NCBI GenBank assembly: GCA_046483985.1
Contig: JAWOCD010000115.1
Location: forward strand, 1 to 64,000
Origin: Promethearchaeia archaeon
GTDB taxonomy: Archaea; Asgardarchaeota; Lokiarchaeia; Sigyniarchaeales; SOKP01
DNA: 64,000 bases
Reading direction: 5' to 3'
Shown: positions 58,687-64,000 of the stretch, piece by piece
Numbering within the stretch: position 1 is the stretch's first letter
Layout of the letters: each line of letters opens with the position of its first letter
Translations under genes and position numbers: made by a program
The notes under the pieces: generated by a model
The model's input: the letters and a program-made list of their open reading frames with translations, nothing else
Told to the model about the DNA's origin: nothing
Databases searched by the model: none

Positions 58687-59179
58687 GATTCATTCACCTT
58701 TTAATTCTTACATAAAATAAAGAATTCTTTACATATATGCTTTACTTCTATAGGAATAAAAACTTTTTGTCTATTGCCTTGGCCAGATCTTGCTTATTGG
58801 TTTTTTAAGTCTTTGAGAAAAGCGGGATTTCGCTGGTTTGATTATGAGAGAAGGGAAAGTTCCTAATTAACTGATTTTCAAAATAAAGCAAAAGCACTAA
58901 TTCGTCTCCATTTGATTAAGATACTCCGAAATGTTAGTTGATTTGAGAAGATTTTATCAAAATGATCCCAGACCCTCTACGATGACAATGTTGCGGCGAT
59001 AACATTAAATGAATTAATAGATTTTAACAAGAATTTTACTAAGGGTTTCGTCTAAATCAAGGACATCTTAAGATAACCTTAAATATAACGAATAAGACTA
59101 CTAAAACCATGAAAAACTTTTCGAGGAACGTTTTTCGAGGATCATGTGCGACCTGTCCAGTATGCCGAGGAACTAAATT

Positions 59180-60064
59180 TTAATCAAACATTGTTTTTTT
59201 TTCTTGTTCCTTTGCAAGATATTCCTCAATTGCCTCTGCAATTACATTTCTGAGTTTCTTTCGCTCACTTGGATCAATTGCACAAAGATTGAAGCATTTA
59301 TCAATCCCTAACACACGGGCAACTAGCTTTTTATCCATAGCTTTAGGCAAATCTTGCTTATTTGCTATCCCGTAAATTATAGCATCTGGTTTTTGTTTTT
59401 TAATCATGCCCATAAATACACGCTTAGTTTGCAGCACATTCTCTACTGTACTATCTGTGACAAGCAAGATGATATGTGTACCTCTGAGAAGCATTGGCCA
59501 TAATGGGGTGAAACGTTCCTGACCAGCGAAGTCCCATAATAATACATCCGTTTCTTTAATCTTCCCAAATGATTTATACTGAACAAACATCGTTGGCAGA
59601 TAGTCAAGCGGAATGTCGCGACCTTGGATCAGCTTATACATCGTGGTTTTTCCCACACCGCCAAAGCCGACAAGCGCGACTTTTACTTGTGAAAGAAGGA
59701 TCTTTTCCACATGCTCATTCATCTCGTGCATCTTTGCTTTTTCAGTGTTTGGATCACTGATATAATTCAAATAATTCTCTTGCACCACGTTTTTAAACTC
59801 GATGACTTTTTTTTCCAATTCTTCATCTCGCTCATCGGCATCGCTGCATATAACATACAAATATTGTCCCGCAGGTGTATAGGTAAATTTATAATTTCCG
59901 GCTGGTACGGACTTTACATTATTTTCTTGCATCGCTCGAATCATATCGCTCATTGCGCTTAAAAATCCGGAAACCAACGACACATCAACGGGAGTTCGGG
60001 AGAATGAATGATGGTATATGGCTTCTCCAGTTCTAAGCTTAATAATATAGGCGTCTTTTATCAA
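59180..60064 (-). CDS. Longin-domain plus Arf-like small GTPase fusion
   Basis: N-terminal longin-like segment (AYII...LVSGFLSAM), GFGGVGKT, YLPT, WDFAGQERF, ANKQD, CAI. Confidence 0.88.
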   Translation of the reverse strand: MIKDAYIIKLRTGEAIYHHSFSRTPVDVSLVSGFLSAMSDMIRAMQENNVKSVPAGNYKFTYTPAGQYLYVICSDADERDEELEKKVIEFKNVVQENYLNYISDPNTEKAKMHEMNEHVEKILLSQVKVALVGFGGVGKTTMYKLIQGRDIPLDYLPTMFVQYKSFGKIKETDVLLWDFAGQERFTPLWPMLLRGTHIILLVTDSTVENVLQTKRVFMGMIKKQKPDAIIYGIANKQDLPKAMDKKLVARVLGIDKCFNLCAIDPSERKKLRNVIAEAIEEYLAKEQEKKTMFD

Positions 60065-60345
60065 CTTTTTATCCCAATATCCAAAATATATTTTTCGAAA
60101 TTAAACTTTTTTATAAAAGTATATTAACTTTAAGGTTTAAAAATTTTTTAATTTATGTTTTATATATCTGAATTCAATCCCTCTATTTTCAAAATGTAAT
60201 GGAACATAACAAGAATTTTGCTCATTGAAAAAATTAAGATATTGAATAAATCTTCAAAAGGTTTGTTTTGCTGCAAGAATTCGTAGAATGATAAACCTTG
60301 AGCATTTATTAATAAAATAATAAGAACAAAAAAAGATTTTAAAAT

Positions 60346-61122
60346 TTAAATCTTCGCGCCGCAATTAGTACAGAATTCATCATCTGGAGATAGCTTAGCA
60401 CCACAATTGGTACAAACGTCTACCTTCTCTGGTTTCTTTGAGCTTGTGCCGTCAAAATCGCTACTAAAAGAGGGTTCTTCCATGTCTTTAGACTCAAATC
60501 CCTTTGAACTGGATTTATCTTCACCTGGGCTATATTTCAAGCTTCCAATAAAGGCGCCAAAAACCGCACCAACTCCTGCACCTTCTAAGATCGCAGTAGT
60601 CACTGCAAATAGATACGGTAAGTCGGTCAAACCCGTGAGTAATCCGTCAATAATTCCTTGTACCACTGCTTCACCACCCCCAAGAGCGGAACCTAATAGC
60701 CCAGGGATTACAAAGTAAATTGCAATTGCCGGAACTAAATATCCGATTCCGATGGCAATACTTGTAGTCATTCCTCCTACAGGACTATGCGCAAATAGAC
60801 CAGCGGTTATAGAACAACATAATATCCAAGGCACGACCACCGCAATTAAGAGGCTGACATCGTTGGGACGATACATGATACACCAATGTATTGGGAAAAG
60901 AAAAATCATTACCAATCCAAAGAAGGCTTTTCCAATGGTCATAATTAGCTGTCCTCCTTGCGGCATCATACTTTCAAATCCGGTGAGTAGGTCCTCAAAA
61001 TTCTCGATTAAACCTCCTGTTATAGCGCTGGTCAGCCCTAAAAACTGGAAGGAAACAAATGCCATAGGAATTAAGCAGAGCATTCCAGCACAGCCCGAAC
61101 AGATAACGCGTTTAAGACCCAT
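60346..61122 (-). CDS. Membrane protein with C-terminal zinc ribbon
   Basis: Gly-rich TM helices; CTNC...CTNC ribbon. Confidence 0.85.
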   Translation of the reverse strand: MGLKRVICSGCAGMLCLIPMAFVSFQFLGLTSAITGGLIENFEDLLTGFESMMPQGGQLIMTIGKAFFGLVMIFLFPIHWCIMYRPNDVSLLIAVVVPWILCCSITAGLFAHSPVGGMTTSIAIGIGYLVPAIAIYFVIPGLLGSALGGGEAVVQGIIDGLLTGLTDLPYLFAVTTAILEGAGVGAVFGAFIGSLKYSPGEDKSSSKGFESKDMEEPSFSSDFDGTSSKKPEKVDVCTNCGAKLSPDDEFCTNCGAKI

Positions 61123-61380
61123 GAATTAATCACTTAATTTATATTTCCTAATTTAATACTATTCTTAATTAAACTTAAATCAGATTCATATTTTAATATT
61201 TATGTTTTCTCTCTTTTTTTTTTTGAAAATCCTAGAGGCACGGCTCAGAAATTTAACTCAATATGTGTTTATTTTTGTAGAGATTGTTAAAGTGGTGTAA
61301 AAGAAGAAAAAGAAAAGATAGAAAACTGGTCTTTATTAGGAAAACAGGTAAGAAATTAACAAAAACTTCATTTGAAAAAC

Positions 61381-62073
61381 TTATTTTGTGCCGGTTATAC
61401 GTCCTTTATCCATCCTTACCACAGTATCAGCATAATCGACGAGTGCTCTTCGATGAGTTACTACAATACAAGTAGTTTCCAGTTCTTTATTGATTTTTTT
61501 AAGTAAATCCATCACAGATTTTTCCGATTCCGGATCTAAATTACCCGTGGGCTCGTCAGCCAAGAGTACTCTCGGTCTATGAATAATTGCCCTTGCGATT
61601 GCGCATCTCTGTTTTTCTCCGCCCGAAAGCTGAACGGGATAGTGGTCTTTTCTATCTAATAAATTCACATCACGTAAAGCAGCAATCGCCCTATTTTCGA
61701 TTTCCTTTTCGCGCAATACGGTAGGCCATAGTAATGCCTCCACATTCTCAATAGCGGTTAGGGTTTGGATCAAGTTAAAATCTTGAAATACAAACCCAAC
61801 TTTTTGCCGTCGTATTCGACTCAATCTATCCTCGGTGGCACGAGCGATATTTTCTCCATCAAAAATGATTTTTCCCGAATCGGGCAAATCAAGTCCTGAT
61901 AGCATATTCAATAATGTTGATTTTCCACAGCCAGTTGGTCCTTGCACGATAACAAAATCACCGGACTTGATCTTTAAATTGACATCAACCAATGCTCTAA
62001 TAATTGCTCCCGAACGTCTATATTCTTTATTCACATCAATGGCTTCCACCATTGTATCTTTTCTCGATGACAT
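61381..62073 (-). CDS. ABC transporter ATP-binding protein (LolD/MacB type)
   Basis: GPTGCGKST, VFQDFNL, LSGGEKQR, ADEPTGNLD, VTH. Confidence 0.95.
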   Translation of the reverse strand: MSSRKDTMVEAIDVNKEYRRSGAIIRALVDVNLKIKSGDFVIVQGPTGCGKSTLLNMLSGLDLPDSGKIIFDGENIARATEDRLSRIRRQKVGFVFQDFNLIQTLTAIENVEALLWPTVLREKEIENRAIAALRDVNLLDRKDHYPVQLSGGEKQRCAIARAIIHRPRVLLADEPTGNLDPESEKSVMDLLKKINKELETTCIVVTHRRALVDYADTVVRMDKGRITGTK

Positions 62074-62086
62074 TTTTTATTCCTCC

Positions 62087-62653
62087 TTATTCACCTACTT
62101 TTTTAAGTGCTATTATTGGTCGAACTTGCTTAATCTTTTGGCTTGCTACAACTATTGCGAGAATCTGCACTATCAAAAACATTATACAAGTCGCGATGAC
62201 TGGGCTTAAACTTATTAGCGGTAAATCTTTCACAAAATAGGTCGCATTACTGACATTCGCCTCGGCAGCTTGTAAATATCCTAAAATGGCCGCATAGTGG
62301 AATAAAATTTCGAGAACAATGATAAACCCCATTAATGTGGTAAATATGATATTGCTTGCCGCTAATGAATTTATATTTTTATTAGTATATCCAATGCATT
62401 TTAAGGTTGCCCAAGTTCTTCGATTCCTTCTTACAATTAACCAGGCATAGAGAAGGGATAGAAAGATACTAGCCCCCAATGAAATGAGAAACGAGGTAAT
62501 CCCGAATGCATTTCCTCCATTGGCTCCCATGATCAATTCAATAGAATAACTGGTCCAAAAGATTAGTATAGTATACATTAATGTAAATATAACGAAGCTT
62601 TTGGTATTTCTGAGGCTCATGAGTACGCCTTTTTTGTATAATCTTAACGCCAT
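62087..62653 (-). CDS. Minimal FtsX/MacB-like permease
   Basis: 4 TM helices, RRTWATLKCIGY, RPIIALK; 13 bp upstream of the ATPase gene. Confidence 0.8.
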   Translation of the reverse strand: MALRLYKKGVLMSLRNTKSFVIFTLMYTILIFWTSYSIELIMGANGGNAFGITSFLISLGASIFLSLLYAWLIVRRNRRTWATLKCIGYTNKNINSLAASNIIFTTLMGFIIVLEILFHYAAILGYLQAAEANVSNATYFVKDLPLISLSPVIATCIMFLIVQILAIVVASQKIKQVRPIIALKKVGE

Positions 62654-62879
62654 AATTAATTTTCACGTTGTAGTTTTTTCATATCCTTTTCTTATATATT
62701 TAATATTGTTAGTTTATATTTAAATACATTTTTTCTAAGTTCTTAATTTCAAGTTTGAAGCTGTGATTTCTCTGAAAATTTAAATTAACAATTTCTATTA
62801 TATATTATATAAAATTACTATTTTTAATTCTAATTAGTTGATTGAATCATAGGTATTTACATAAAAGAATCGAATAAAA

Positions 62880-63266
62880 ATGTCTGAAATTGAAAAGATT
62901 GTTGATGAGTTGTTGAATGAGGAGCAAAATATTTTTGGCGTTGCGGTGATAGGCAAAGATGGTTCTCTTCTGATGCAAACGGAAAATTGGGATATTACTA
63001 ACGATTTAGAAAAGATAAATGAATTGATAAATTCAGAAGAAGGTATCGGACGCATTGAGATCCAAGGAATCCGTTATATGGTCGTTGAAAATACTCCCGA
63101 ACGTAAAATAGGGACAAATGTAACGGGAAAAGGACACATTATTATCTGTCCGATCCCAGTCGGTGGGTCTGGTGCTTTAGTATCCTATATTAACCCGCAA
63201 GTCGGTCCCCGAGATGCCCTTTTTAATGCCCAAGATTTTGCCAAAAAATTGACCGATGTAATTTAA
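62880..63266 (+). CDS. Asgard (Loki-type) profilin
   Basis: AVIGKDG...QTENW, IQGIRYMVVENT.ERKIGTN.TGKGH..ICPIP.GG.GAL...NP..GPRD matches characterised Loki profilins as recalled. Confidence 0.9.
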   Translation: MSEIEKIVDELLNEEQNIFGVAVIGKDGSLLMQTENWDITNDLEKINELINSEEGIGRIEIQGIRYMVVENTPERKIGTNVTGKGHIIICPIPVGGSGALVSYINPQVGPRDALFNAQDFAKKLTDVI

Positions 63267-63305
63267 AAATCTATTTCTTTCTTTTTTTCCTTTTATTTAT
63301 CTTTG

Positions 63306-64000
63306 TTACTCTCCTATATCGTTATTTAGATCCCAATATTCACCTTGAACACGGAAGACCGCTTCTGTAATTCTGCTTATTTCTTCTTTTATATTTTTAT
63401 TGCTGAAATCAATATTTTCAAATTGTGGTCGAGAATAAGGTTCCCCCAGCAATGCCCTTATGACTGAATGGACACAATACGGTAAGCCTATGAGACTATA
63501 TCCCCCTTCCATTACAAAGGCGATCCTCCCCTTACACACCGTTTCAGCGAGATTTAAGAGATTCTCTGTGAAATCATAGTAACTTTTAGTGGTTAAATAA
63601 CAATTTCCGATGGGGTCTGCATAATACATATCAAACCCACACGCCACAATGATTAATTCTGGATCAAACTCGGTTAATACAGGGGTTAAAATATCAAAAA
63701 ATGATAAAAATACCTCATCATAGGTATTACTGGGGATGGGGAAGTTTATATTTTTCCCCAAGCCTTGACCTTCGCCCCCTTCGTCTATGAACCCAATCCC
63801 TCCCTCCATAAAATCAAACTCATGTATCGAAAAATATAACACGCTTGGATCATCATAAAAATATTGCGATAAACCGTCGCCGAAATGGTCATCTATATCG
63901 ACAATCGCGATTTTCTTCTTTATATTAAGTTTCTCTCGTAAATATAGGATACTGAGGGCAATATTGTTGAAGATACATAATCCCGACGATTTGAGTCGTA
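63306..64000 (-). CDS. Histone deacetylase family (HDAC/AcuC) protein; 5' end outside the window
   Basis: The frame is open to the window edge: GLCIFNN, IVDIDDHFGDG, SIHE, GFD...DP, EGGY. Confidence 0.92.
   Translation of the reverse strand, partial: RLKSSGLCIFNNIALSILYLREKLNIKKKIAIVDIDDHFGDGLSQYFYDDPSVLYFSIHEFDFMEGGIGFIDEGGEGQGLGKNINFPIPSNTYDEVFLSFFDILTPVLTEFDPELIIVACGFDMYYADPIGNCYLTTKSYYDFTENLLNLAETVCKGRIAFVMEGGYSLIGLPYCVHSVIRALLGEPYSRPQFENIDFSNKNIKEEISRITEAVFRVQGEYWDLNNDIGE

Noticed and set aside
1-64000. Selenoprotein UGA read-through, SECIS, tRNA or rRNA genes
   Set aside because: Despite the PSTK-like gene, I saw no UGA at a conserved Cys position and no cloverleaf or rRNA-like sequence. 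A tRNAscan-SE/Seblastian run would be needed to exclude them formally.

Overview
AT-rich chromosomal window from an Asgard archaeon, most likely Lokiarchaeia/Promethearchaeota. Evidence for this is a Loki-type profilin, four stand-alone Rab-like GTPases plus a longin-GTPase fusion, several longin/uDENN-like and V4R proteins, archaeal TBP, Cdc48 with an HbYX tail, a PSTK-like kinase and a Tes-like radical SAM enzyme. Housekeeping and metabolic genes (ileS, argS, deoxyhypusine synthase, agmatinase, ROK kinase, phosphohexomutase, aminotransferases, Fe-ADH, acyl-CoA ligase) are interleaved with eukaryotic-signature genes. There are three IS200/IS605 remnants, a VapBC module and several pseudogene relics. 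No rRNA, tRNA or CRISPR array was recognised. The best candidates for something undescribed are: (1) a co-directional cluster of Rab-like GTPase, thioredoxin, V4R, membrane-anchored FYVE/rabphilin-type Zn finger and a second Rab-like GTPase, with V4R-Rab linkage recurring elsewhere; (2) a ~290-nt pseudoknot-capable intergenic RNA candidate downstream of tes; (3) an orphan, catalytically degenerate cGAS/CD-NTase-like gene beside a macrodomain and a truncated ubiquitin-like gene; (4) two genes that appear to start at ATT. All family calls come from motif recognition by eye; no searches were run.
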